Shown here: positions 21,176 through 29,698 of the stretch, piece after piece
Position numbering within the stretch: the stretch's first letter is position 1
Layout of the letters: each line of letters begins with the position of its first letter
From: an uncultured delta proteobacterium
Lineage (GTDB): Bacteria; Desulfobacterota; Binatia; Binatales; Binataceae
Assembly: GCA_963711565.1 (NCBI GenBank)
Contig: CAVQEQ010000004.1
Coordinates: forward strand, 896,001-960,000
DNA: 64,000 nucleotides
Reading direction: 5' to 3'
Translations under genes and position numbers: made by a program
Notes under the pieces: generated by a model
Databases searched by the model: none
The model's input: the letters and a program-made list of their open reading frames with translations, nothing else
What the model was told of the DNA's origin: nothing

Positions 21176-21360
21176 CGTCACCTGCCGAGGTGCGCCCCCC
21201 GGTGTCATTCTGCCGAAGCGAGCAACGCGACGTTCTTGTGTCATCTCGACGAAGTGACAGTGCAAGCGCATTTGTTGTCATCCTGACGAAGCGAGCAACG
21301 CGAGCGGCAGGAAGGATCTCGGACAGCGGCGCGCAAGCGCCGCCGGTTCCGGTCTCCGAA
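21176..21360. repeat. Intergenic repeat family C, tandem GTCAT(T/C)CTG-CGAAGCGAGCAACGCGA units
   Basis: Four GTCA(T/C)-initiated units; two share CGAAGCGAGCAACGCGA; followed by CGGACAGC...GCGCAAGCG...GCCGGTTCCGGT. Confidence 0.75.
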
Positions 21361-21397
21361 ATCGCGCAGCGCTCTTTTCCCAGCGCATCGCTCACCG

Positions 21398-22072
21398 TCA
21401 ACCCTTCAGAACACGAATCTTCCCCGACGCCTCCGCCACCAGCACCACATCGCACATCCCGATAAACAACCCGGTGCCGACCACACCCGGAATCGCAAGC
21501 AGGTCGCGATCCAGCCGCGCCGGACTCGCGATCTTTTTCACCGCGCAGTCGAGAATCACGTTGCCGTTGTCGGTGATGAATTCCTTGCCGTCCTTCTCGC
21601 GAACGCGCGGTTTGATCCCCATCGCTTTGATCTTCGCGCTCACGAGTGACACTCCGAACGGCACCACTTCCACCGGAATAACCCCGTGGTCGCCCAGTCT
21701 CTTCACCATTTTCTCGTAGCCGACCAGCACGACCAACCGCCGCGACGATGCCGCCACGATTTTCTCGCGCACGAGCGCACCGCCTAATCCCTTGATCAGA
21801 TTGAGCCGCGGATCGACCTCGTCAGCTCCGTCAACATCGATGTCGATTTTCCCGGCCTGCTCGAGCGTGACGATCGGAATTCCCACCGACCGCGCCAACT
21901 CCTCGGCCGGCGAGGATGTCGGCACTCCCCGGACTTCGATTCCGCTGGCTCCCAGAGCCCGAATAAACGCACTAGCCGCCCGCCCAGTCCCGAGCCCAAT
22001 CGTATGCCCCGGCCTAACAAACCGCAGCGCATACCGCCCCAGCGCCTCCAGCGATGCTTCATTAGCCGGCAT
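21398..22072 (-). CDS. rpiA: Ribose-5-phosphate isomerase A
   Basis: IGLGTG, DGADEVD, IKGLGGALVREKIVA, PVEVVP, TDNGN, IPGVVGTGLF. Confidence 0.95.
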   Translation of the reverse strand: MPANEASLEALGRYALRFVRPGHTIGLGTGRAASAFIRALGASGIEVRGVPTSSPAEELARSVGIPIVTLEQAGKIDIDVDGADEVDPRLNLIKGLGGALVREKIVAASSRRLVVLVGYEKMVKRLGDHGVIPVEVVPFGVSLVSAKIKAMGIKPRVREKDGKEFITDNGNVILDCAVKKIASPARLDRDLLAIPGVVGTGLFIGMCDVVLVAEASGKIRVLKG

Positions 22073-22074
22073 CT

Positions 22075-22296
22075 CTATTCGGACTCGCGGCGACGGTCGC
22101 GGCGCATCGCGGCGAGGTCGCCCTCCCAATGGAGTTTGCCGCGCGCGGAGCGAAGCAGGTTCTCTTGCTCGCCCTGACGCACCATGATCTCGAGCGCCAT
22201 CTGGACGGTCGCGCGCTTCGTGCTCGTACCCGACACGCGCATCGCACGCTTCATCAACCCATCGTCGATATCAATCGTCGTCCGTACCAGTGTCAC
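22075..22296 (-). CDS. VapB-family antitoxin (ribbon-helix-helix), no adjacent toxin
   Basis: RTTIDIDDGLMKRAM...TKRATVQMAL...WEGDLAAMRRDR is the VapB pattern. Confidence 0.8.
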   Translation of the reverse strand: MTLVRTTIDIDDGLMKRAMRVSGTSTKRATVQMALEIMVRQGEQENLLRSARGKLHWEGDLAAMRRDRRRESE

Positions 22297-22337
22297 CCGA
22301 TTCCTCGATTCGTGTTTTGTTCGCCTGCCATAAAGGA

Positions 22338-22353
22338 CGTTTCACGTGAAACC
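22338..22353. other. parS: parS centromere-like site (ParB binding)
   Basis: cGTTTCACGTGAAACc: perfect 14-bp core of the canonical TGTTTCACGTGAAACA, intergenic. Confidence 0.8.
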
Positions 22354-22418
22354 TTTTCGCCTGGAAAACTCAGCAAACGCGGCCCCTTCTGGAAGAAAAA
22401 AGCGAAACTCGCGACGCC

Positions 22419-23048
22419 CTACGGCTTGCCGTCCCTCAGCAGTTGCATGAACTCCTGACGCGTCTCGTGGTTCGTTCGGAACACGCCCAGCATCGCTGAC
22501 GTCGTGACGAAAGAGTTCTGTTTCTCGACCCCGCGCATCCGCATGCACAGATGCTCGGCCTCGAGCACCACGGCGACGCCGAGCGGATCGATCTCCGACA
22601 TCAACGTCTGCGCGATCTGCGTCGTCAGCCGCTCCTGCACCTGCAGGCGCCGCGCGTAGATCTCAACCATCCGCGCCAGCTTCGAGATTCCGACGATCTT
22701 GCGATTGGGCAGGTACGCGACGTGCGCTTTGCCCATGAAAGGAAGCAGGTGATGCTCGCACAGCGAATAAAAATCCAAATCCTTGCACAGGATCATTTCC
22801 TGGTAATCTTCTTCGGCAAACAGTGCGCCGTTGATCGCTTCCTTGGGATCCTTGGCATAGCCGCTGGTGAGGAACTCGTAAGCCTTGGCGACGCGCGCCG
22901 GCGTCCGCTCGAGTCCTTCGCGATCCGGATCCTCGCCGATATGCCGCAGGATGACGCGGACCGCGTCTTCGAGCTTGGCGGTGCCGGCCGCGCCATTTTT
23001 GTCGTTGCCGATTTTCGCTCGCGAACCATTTGCCAGGGTACGGTTCAT
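22419..23048 (-). CDS. folE: GTP cyclohydrolase I FolE
   Basis: [51 protein letters not shown]. Confidence 0.97.
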   Translation of the reverse strand: MNRTLANGSRAKIGNDKNGAAGTAKLEDAVRVILRHIGEDPDREGLERTPARVAKAYEFLTSGYAKDPKEAINGALFAEEDYQEMILCKDLDFYSLCEHHLLPFMGKAHVAYLPNRKIVGISKLARMVEIYARRLQVQERLTTQIAQTLMSEIDPLGVAVVLEAEHLCMRMRGVEKQNSFVTTSAMLGVFRTNHETRQEFMQLLRDGKP

Positions 23049-23947
23049 TTACCGATCTCCTTGCGCCAGCGGCTGAATTCAAGTGCCAGCTCGATAGCGA
23101 GTGACGGACCGCCGCCGCTCATGATGATGAACCCGGCGGCGTCGCGAGCCAACGACTTCATCAGCGCCAGGTTCTCCCGGATCGAGATCGCGCGCACCTC
23201 TTCTTCGCTCATCCCGCCGAATCTGTCCAGATGGCTGCGCGCGCCGCTCAGGTCCTTCACGCGGTCGATCAGGTAAGTCGCCATCGCCGCGCGCTTGACC
23301 GGGAGGATTCCGAGCATCGTCTTGATCCCGAGGCTGTTGGCCTTCGCGACGAAGTGGCGTCCGGTCTCGGCGTCGAACACCGGCTGCGTGATCACGAAGC
23401 GCGCACCGGCGGCGGCCTTGCGCTCGAGCAGCTCGAACTCGCGCTCGATGTTTTTTCGATTCGGATTCGCGACCGAACCCGCGAGAATCGACGGGAGCGC
23501 CTTCAACGGCGGCTTGCCCTCGCCGGTGTCGCCGCGATTCAGCGCACCGACCATCGCGAGCAGCGCGTACGCGTCGATATCGTGCGAGACGATCGCCTTG
23601 CCGTCGGCATCGGGCGGGATTTTGTCGCCGTTGAGCGCGACGACGGCGTCAATCCCAATTGCCGCCGCGCCCAGCAGATCGGATTTCAGCGCGAAGCGGT
23701 TGCGGTCGCGGCACGAGACGTTCAGCACGACCGGAATTTTCAGGCGCTCCTTAATCGCCGCGCCGAACACCAGCCCCGACATCTTGACCTTGCCGAGCGC
23801 GTTGTCGGTCAGGTTGATCGCATCGACATGCCCCGCCAGCGCGCCAAGCTGCCGCAGCAGCGGGCCAGGATTGATTCCGCGCGGGGGCGAGACTTCGAGC
23901 CATAGCGCGGGCGCGGCGGAGTTCAGGCTGTCGAGGATTGAGGGCAA
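23045..23947 (-). CDS. Methylenetetrahydrofolate reductase-like protein
   Basis: [24 protein letters not shown] motif, [16 protein letters not shown]; TTG start. Confidence 0.82.
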   Translation of the reverse strand: MPSILDSLNSAAPALWLEVSPPRGINPGPLLRQLGALAGHVDAINLTDNALGKVKMSGLVFGAAIKERLKIPVVLNVSCRDRNRFALKSDLLGAAAIGIDAVVALNGDKIPPDADGKAIVSHDIDAYALLAMVGALNRGDTGEGKPPLKALPSILAGSVANPNRKNIEREFELLERKAAAGARFVITQPVFDAETGRHFVAKANSLGIKTMLGILPVKRAAMATYLIDRVKDLSGARSHLDRFGGMSEEEVRAISIRENLALMKSLARDAAGFIIMSGGGPSLAIELALEFSRWRKEIGK

Positions 23948-23986
23948 CGGATTTCTCCGCGGACGCGCGAGTTCAGGCGTCTGGCG

Positions 23987-25021
23987 TCACGCCTGGCGGC
24001 GCTCGGTCGCTTTGACCTTCTGATATTTGCGGTAGTCGTAGCCGGTCGCCATCGCCATTAGCAGCGGTTCCATCCCGCCGTCGCGCTCACGGCGTAGCAC
24101 GCGCAGGCGATCGAAGAACTCGCGGAAGTCCTTGTCCACGCGATGCTTGCCGTCCACCGGCGACAGAAAGAAATCGTGCAGGCGGGTTACGGTGAAGCGC
24201 AGCGATGAAAACCGCAGCTCGTTGGGAAACGCATCCCATTCCGCGAGCGACAGCGTGCGCACCGACTCGTAGCCCGACAGCAGCCAACGGAAGCGGTCGA
24301 GCGAGTAACTGCCGTTGACGAAGCACAGCGCGTTGACCGCCGTCGCGATATCGAAAATAAACTTGCCGCGGCAGGCCGCGTCGAAATCGAGCATCGCAGT
24401 CAGCTTCTCGCCGCGGAACAGCAGGTTGTCCGAGAAGATATCGCCGTGAATCACGCCCTTGGGCAGCTTGCCTTCGAGGTACCGCGTCAGGTACTCGACC
24501 TCGTCGTCGAGCGTGCGGCAAATCTTGCGGAAGTAGTTCGGCAGCCGGTTGCGCACGGTCAGGTACAGGTCGGCGATTCGCTCGAAGCTGAAGCGGTTGT
24601 CGATGCCTTTCTTGTAGGCCTTGCCGATCACGTGCAGGTCGCCGAGTGCGTGGCCGATCGTTTCGAGCTGGCTCGGCTTGAGGCGCGCGGGCGCCAGCAC
24701 CTTGCCTTCCTGGTACTTGAACAGCGACACGCAGCGGTTGTTGAAGTTGCGGTAGAAGCGCCCCATCCGATCCTGCATCGGATGCGGGCACGGGAACGCA
24801 TGCTTGCGCAGGAACGACAGCAGGTCGATTTCGCGCTTTAGCTCGTTCTCGCCCTTGACCTCGTCGATCCGCAACAGGAATTTGCCCTTGGCCGCTTCGA
24901 GCACGTAGTTCGAGTTGACCGAGCCTTCCGGGATGCCGGCGGCGCTGGAGACGCGCCCCAAGCCGTAGTCGTCGGCGAGCTCCTTGAGAAACGGTTTGCT
25001 TAACTCGGTGTAAACGGCCAT
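23987..25021 (-). CDS. thrB: Homoserine kinase type II (APH/kinase-like)
   Basis: MAVYT N-terminus, GIPEGSVNSNY, GVIHGDIFSDN, LDFDAAC. Confidence 0.88.
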   Translation of the reverse strand: MAVYTELSKPFLKELADDYGLGRVSSAAGIPEGSVNSNYVLEAAKGKFLLRIDEVKGENELKREIDLLSFLRKHAFPCPHPMQDRMGRFYRNFNNRCVSLFKYQEGKVLAPARLKPSQLETIGHALGDLHVIGKAYKKGIDNRFSFERIADLYLTVRNRLPNYFRKICRTLDDEVEYLTRYLEGKLPKGVIHGDIFSDNLLFRGEKLTAMLDFDAACRGKFIFDIATAVNALCFVNGSYSLDRFRWLLSGYESVRTLSLAEWDAFPNELRFSSLRFTVTRLHDFFLSPVDGKHRVDKDFREFFDRLRVLRRERDGGMEPLLMAMATGYDYRKYQKVKATERRQA

Positions 25022-25198
25022 AGGAACGTGGGCGCGATCAATTGAGGACTGTCAGCCCGCCAAGTCTAAAGTGTGACTGGCACCTCGTCAACTAGGGGCC
25101 GCGAAACCCTTGTAAAATGAGGGTTTGGTGAATTCTTGAATACGGTCAACTACAGCCGCGGCGATGTCCAAGTTGCCTCAAGCATCGAGCGCAGCTAA

Positions 25199-25747
25199 AT
25201 GAATCCCATGCCTACATCCAAAAAAGCCGCCACCAGGACTCCAAAGAAATCTGCAACCGCGCCGTCGAAGAGCGCCAGCGCCGCGCTGCAAGGAAAGAAG
25301 GCGCCGGCCTTCGGGCTGTTCGACGCCGGTGGAAAAAGCGTCGCGCTCAAAGATCTGATCGGCGCGAACAATCTCGTGCTCTATTTCTATCCCAAGGACA
25401 TGACGCCCGGATGTACGATCGAGGCGTGCAGCTTCCGCGACAACATCGCACCAATAAAAAAGCTCGGCGCGAAAGTCGTCGGCATCAGCGCCGACTCGAC
25501 CGACTCGCACGGCAAGTTCATCGCGAAGCACGAGCTGAACTTTCCGTTGCTCGCCGATCCGGGCAACAAGGTCTGCAAGCTCTACGGCGTGTACAAGATG
25601 AAGTCGCTCTACGGGCGCGAGTTCATGGGGATAGAGCGCACGACGTTCATCGTCAACAAAGCGGGCATCGTGCGGAAGGTGTTCCCGAAGGTGAAGGTGA
25701 ACGGGCACACGGAGGAAGTGATCGAGGCGCTGAAGGCGATCGCGTAA
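25199..25747 (+). CDS. bcp: Thioredoxin-dependent thiol peroxidase Bcp
   Basis: LYFYPKDMTPGCTIEACSFRD, GIERTTF. Confidence 0.93.
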   Translation: MNPMPTSKKAATRTPKKSATAPSKSASAALQGKKAPAFGLFDAGGKSVALKDLIGANNLVLYFYPKDMTPGCTIEACSFRDNIAPIKKLGAKVVGISADSTDSHGKFIAKHELNFPLLADPGNKVCKLYGVYKMKSLYGREFMGIERTTFIVNKAGIVRKVFPKVKVNGHTEEVIEALKAIA

Positions 25748-25778
25748 GCCTTCACCAACGACGACAATCTGATCCTCG

Positions 25779-25958
25779 CCTCCTCCGTTCGTTGGAGGAG
25801 GCCGCCACGGGTCCGCGCGCGGCGGGTGGAGGACCTAATTTTCTGAATTTCTGGTTGGCGTTCGCGTCCGCATCGGAACCCACCGCGCTCCAGACATTAG
25901 CGCGGCACGTTTGTCCTCCACCCTAACCCTCCTCCAACGTAGGAGGAGGGAACCGGAT
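25779..25958. repeat. REPIN-like doublet related to families A/B
   Basis: CCTCCTCC-N7-GGAGGAGG...GGTGGAGGAC at the left; GTCCTCCACC-CTAACCCTCCTCC-N6-GGAGGAGGGAACCGGAT at the right, inverted; lies between convergent genes. Confidence 0.7.
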
Positions 25959-26867
25959 TTACGAGGCGGCGGCGCGGGTTGTGTCGAGCAGGTTGTCGCG
26001 CAGGAAGGCTCGGAGTTCGGGCTCGACCTGTTTGCCGAGATCGTGCGACGCCTGCGGGAAATAGTGGGTCTCCACTTTCGCGCCGCGCTCGCGCAATGCG
26101 TCCGCCAGCTTCACCGCCTGCATCACCGGCATCCGATTGTCCTGCTGGCCGTGCATGATCAGCACGCTGCACTCGAGCTTCGGCGGCAGATGCGCCATTA
26201 CGCTGCGCTCCTGCAGTATCCGCTTACTCGGCCATACTTCGCGCAGAATAGACAGCTTGGTGCGCAGCGGCGCAGTCGGCCATAGCGACAGCGGATCGTA
26301 GCAGCCTGATTCGAGGATCAGCGCGCGCGGGCGCGAGTCGTAGTCCATCAGCAGGCCCGCCGCGACTGCGCCATGACCAAGGCCCCAGACCGCGAGCCGC
26401 GACGCATCAACGTCGTCGCGTCCCGCCAGCAGGTCGAGCGCCTTGCGCGACGCCAGCACCGACCCCTCACCGACGAAGCGGCTCGGCCCGGACGAATTGC
26501 CATAGCCCGGGATATTCACGCAGGCGACCTGGATACCCATCGCCGCGATTCCCTGGCTCATCTTGACGCACTGATCGACGTTGCCCTCGCCGCCGTTGAG
26601 CACGAGCAGGCCGGGGCGCCGTCCCAGTTCGGCGCTGCGCGTCAGGTAGCCCTCGATATGGTAATTCTTGGGGCCCTGTGCGACGTCGAAGTTGAACTGA
26701 TCGACATTTTTGTAATTCGACGCAATCGATCGACCGGGAATATGGCACGCCATCGTCGAGACGGCGAAAACCAACGCGACAACAGAAAGTTTCGACAATC
26801 GTCGCGCGGTGGATGGAATCATATTCAATCGTGAACGAGCGGAGGGGCTCGGCAAGTCGTCTGACAT
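25959..26867 (-). CDS. Alpha/beta hydrolase (peptidase S9-like) exported protein with a degenerate nucleophile
   Basis: PGYGNSSGP, DVDASRLAVWGLGHG, LIMHGQQD, ASH; hydrophobic N-terminal segment ending MAC; start uncertain (26867/26822). Confidence 0.75.
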   Translation of the reverse strand: MSDDLPSPSARSRLNMIPSTARRLSKLSVVALVFAVSTMACHIPGRSIASNYKNVDQFNFDVAQGPKNYHIEGYLTRSAELGRRPGLLVLNGGEGNVDQCVKMSQGIAAMGIQVACVNIPGYGNSSGPSRFVGEGSVLASRKALDLLAGRDDVDASRLAVWGLGHGAVAAGLLMDYDSRPRALILESGCYDPLSLWPTAPLRTKLSILREVWPSKRILQERSVMAHLPPKLECSVLIMHGQQDNRMPVMQAVKLADALRERGAKVETHYFPQASHDLGKQVEPELRAFLRDNLLDTTRAAAS

Positions 26868-27020
26868 CGGCCCGTAATGTACTCGCATTGCCGGTACTTT
26901 AAAACAGGCTGGGGTTGCGCGCGCGACACGCCGCATTGAATCGCATCGAAGTTTGACCGATACTGCTTGATTCACAAGCGCTATATTTAATTTACGGCGC
27001 AATTTAATTCGGGAAAAGCA

Positions 27021-27464
27021 ATGGCATCGCAGGCACAATCGGCTTCTCAAGCATCGGCCGCAATCGATTTCGACAAAAACGGCGGCGTCGTCGCCGCGAT
27101 CGCAGTCGATCATCTGAGCCACCGCGTGCTGACCGTCGCCTACATGAACCGCGAGGCTTTCGACGAAACGGTGGCCACCGGCCGCGCGTGCTACTTCTCG
27201 CGCTCGCGCAACAAGCTGTGGCGCAAGGGCGAAGAGTCGGGGAATTTTCAAATCGTGCACGAGATTCGTCTCGACTGCGACGGCGACGCGATCGTGGTCG
27301 CCGTCGAGCAGCGCGGCGACGGGGCCGCATGCCACGAAGGGTACGAGTCGTGCTTTTTCCGCAAGCTCGACGGCGGCGCGTGGAAGATCGTCGAGCAGCG
27401 CAAAGTCGATCCCGCCAAGTACGGCCCCAATTACGGGCATCAGCCGAAAAAGTCGGCCGGTTGA
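27021..27464 (+). CDS. hisI: Phosphoribosyl-AMP cyclohydrolase
   Basis: [33 protein letters not shown]. Confidence 0.96.
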   Translation: MASQAQSASQASAAIDFDKNGGVVAAIAVDHLSHRVLTVAYMNREAFDETVATGRACYFSRSRNKLWRKGEESGNFQIVHEIRLDCDGDAIVVAVEQRGDGAACHEGYESCFFRKLDGGAWKIVEQRKVDPAKYGPNYGHQPKKSAG

Positions 27465-27470
27465 TCGAAC

Positions 27471-28370
27471 ATGGCTGACCAGATTCTGAAATTCGGCATC
27501 CCCAAGGGCAGCCTCGAGGAGCAGACGCTCGAGCTGATGCGCAAGTCCGGCTGGCGTATCACGGTCGGTTCGCGCTCCTACATCCCGACCACCGATGACC
27601 CGACGCTGAGCTGCCGCATTCTGCGCCCGCAGGAGATGCCGCGCTATATCGCCGACGGCTCGCTCGACGCGGGCATCACCGGCAGTGACTGGATCGTCGA
27701 GAACAACGTGACTCTGCACCAGGTCGAGAGCTTCATATATGCCAAGGCGACGCTGACGCCCTCGCGCTGGGTGCTGTGCGTGCGCAACGACTCGCCCGTC
27801 AAGCGGCTCGAGGACTTGCAGGGCAAGCGCATCGCGACCGAGCTGGTGCAGTTCGTCACGCGCGTCCTGGCCGAGCGCAAAATCAAAGCCGAAGTTGAAT
27901 TTTCATGGGGCGCGACCGAGGCCAAGGTCGCCGAAGGCATCATCGACGCCGCCATCGACGTGACCGAGACCGGCTCGTCGCTTCGCGCCAACGGACTGCG
28001 CATTGTCGAGGAGTTACTCATCTCGAATCCGGTGCTGGTGGCCAATCCGGCGGCATGGGCCGACCCGTGGAAGCAGGCGAAGATTCGCCAGCTCGGGGTC
28101 CTGATTCGCGGCGCGCTCGATGCGGAGAATCGCGTCGGTATCAAGATGAACGTCGCGAAGGAAAATCTCGAAAAAGTGATCGCAATTCTGCCGTCGATCA
28201 CCGCGCCGACGATCTCGCATCTCTATGCATCCAAGGCGCTAAAGGGAGTCGAATGGCTGGCGGTCGAGACGGTGATCGCGGAGCAGACGGTGCGCGAGCT
28301 GTTCCCGAAGCTGCTCGAAGCGGGCGCGGTGGGAATCGTGGAATTCCCGCTGAATAAGATTATCGGTTAG
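27471..28370 (+). CDS. hisG: ATP phosphoribosyltransferase (long form)
   Basis: GIPKGSL, RPQEMP, DAGITGSDW, SWGATEAK, DVTETGSSLRANGL, C-terminal regulatory domain. Confidence 0.96.
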   Translation: MADQILKFGIPKGSLEEQTLELMRKSGWRITVGSRSYIPTTDDPTLSCRILRPQEMPRYIADGSLDAGITGSDWIVENNVTLHQVESFIYAKATLTPSRWVLCVRNDSPVKRLEDLQGKRIATELVQFVTRVLAERKIKAEVEFSWGATEAKVAEGIIDAAIDVTETGSSLRANGLRIVEELLISNPVLVANPAAWADPWKQAKIRQLGVLIRGALDAENRVGIKMNVAKENLEKVIAILPSITAPTISHLYASKALKGVEWLAVETVIAEQTVRELFPKLLEAGAVGIVEFPLNKIIG

Positions 28371-28394
28371 CGGTGGCGGCGAAAGGAGCGCTTC

Positions 28395-28545
28395 GCGATT
28401 TCAAAACCGGAACCGGCTTCGCGTGCGCGAAGCTGTCCGAGGTCCGTTCCTCCCGTCGCTGGCGCTCCCGTCGTCAGGATGACGGAGCGGCTCGCGTTGC
28501 TCGCCTGGTCAGAATGACACAAGAAAGTCGCGGTGCTCGCTTCTG
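28395..28545. repeat. Intergenic repeat family C, reverse-orientation copy
   Basis: Reverse complement matches blocks of 13243-13370 and 21176-21360. Confidence 0.75.
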
Positions 28546-28625
28546 TTCGGGATGCCAACCTTGGGTCTCTGGTTCGCGCCTCGCGATTGTGGCACAACAA
28601 GAACACTCACACGGAGGTCGCAATC

Positions 28626-29321
28626 ATGGGTTTGCCCAACGGAGTGCATCACCTCGCTATCTGCACCAAGGACATCAAGAAGCAGATCGATTACTTCTCG
28701 CAAGTCGTGGGGATGGAGCTCGTCGCGCTCTACTGGATGCATGGCGTCGAGAACACCTTCCACGGCTTCATGAAGCTGAGCGATAGCTCGTCGATCGCCT
28801 TCGTGCAGCATCCCGATATCGCCAAGATTCAGCCGATCAAGGGCGTCTCGCATGCCGGGCACACTTCGCAGAATGTCGCGGCGGGAGCGATGCAGCATCT
28901 CGCGCTCAACGTCGATACATACGCCGACCTGATGGCGATTCGCGATCGCGTCCGCTCGCACGGGCACTGGGTGATGGGCCCGCTCGATCACGGTTTCTGC
29001 AAATCGATCTACCTGGCCGCGCCCGAAGGCATCATGCTCGAATTCTCGACCTCCGAGGGCGGCTCGATCGACGCGGAAGCGTGGATCGATCCCGAAGTGC
29101 AGGCGCTGGCGGGAATCAGCGCGGATGAGGTCGAGAAGTACAAGCATCCCGCGGCGTTCGAATCGAAGGACGGCAAGGTCGCGCAGCCGAAGCCCGATCC
29201 GTCGAAACCGCTGATGGACTTTCCGCCCGACGATCGCATCTGGACGATGAGCGACGAGGAAGTGACACGCCGCATGAGCGAGACGACGCCGCCGGTGCAA
29301 AAAAAGCCCAAGGCGGCATAG
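28626..29321 (+). CDS. VOC (glyoxalase/bleomycin resistance) family protein
   Basis: GGAGG RBS; GVHHLAI, MQHLAL, DHGFCKSIYLAAPEGIMLEF. Confidence 0.9.
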   Translation: MGLPNGVHHLAICTKDIKKQIDYFSQVVGMELVALYWMHGVENTFHGFMKLSDSSSIAFVQHPDIAKIQPIKGVSHAGHTSQNVAAGAMQHLALNVDTYADLMAIRDRVRSHGHWVMGPLDHGFCKSIYLAAPEGIMLEFSTSEGGSIDAEAWIDPEVQALAGISADEVEKYKHPAAFESKDGKVAQPKPDPSKPLMDFPPDDRIWTMSDEEVTRRMSETTPPVQKKPKAA

Positions 29322-29383
29322 CGGCGACCATCCTGTCCGAACAGCGTTCGTCCAACTCGAGCCGCGCCCACGTGGCTGTTGAG

Positions 29384-29698
29384 CTATTCCGCGGACGGCT
29401 GGAACACTATCTCGACGCGATCGAGGTAGCTGAGCAACTGGCGCGCAAGCGTCGTCACTGCGCCGTCGTCGCGAAGAGCGGCGGCATGCTCGAGCGCGCG
29501 CCCCATCTCGGTCATCGAGTCGAAGCCGTAGCTGCCGCCTTCGCCCTTGATCCGATGCGCGACGCGGCCGATTTCGGCATAGTCGCGCCGCGTCACCGCT
29601 TCGAAAATCGCCTCGATGTCGGCGCGTTTGTGCGTCATAAAACCCGGGATCAGGTCGGATAGATCCCGATCCACTTCCACTATTACCCGGTCCGGCAT
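29384..29698 (-). CDS. Stand-alone Hpt phosphotransfer protein
   Basis: AHRIKGEGGSYG Hpt motif; AAGGAG RBS; overlaps the kinase 3' end. Confidence 0.88.
   Translation of the reverse strand: MPDRVIVEVDRDLSDLIPGFMTHKRADIEAIFEAVTRRDYAEIGRVAHRIKGEGGSYGFDSMTEMGRALEHAAALRDDGAVTTLARQLLSYLDRVEIVFQPSAE

Noticed and set aside
21176-21360. Tandem units as a mini CRISPR array
   Set aside because: Units are degenerate and irregularly spaced, with no unique constant-length spacers and no cas genes.
26868-27719. N-terminal extension of the 586-aa minus-strand ORF
   Set aside because: Overlaps hisI/hisG on the opposite strand; the real gene starts near 26867.
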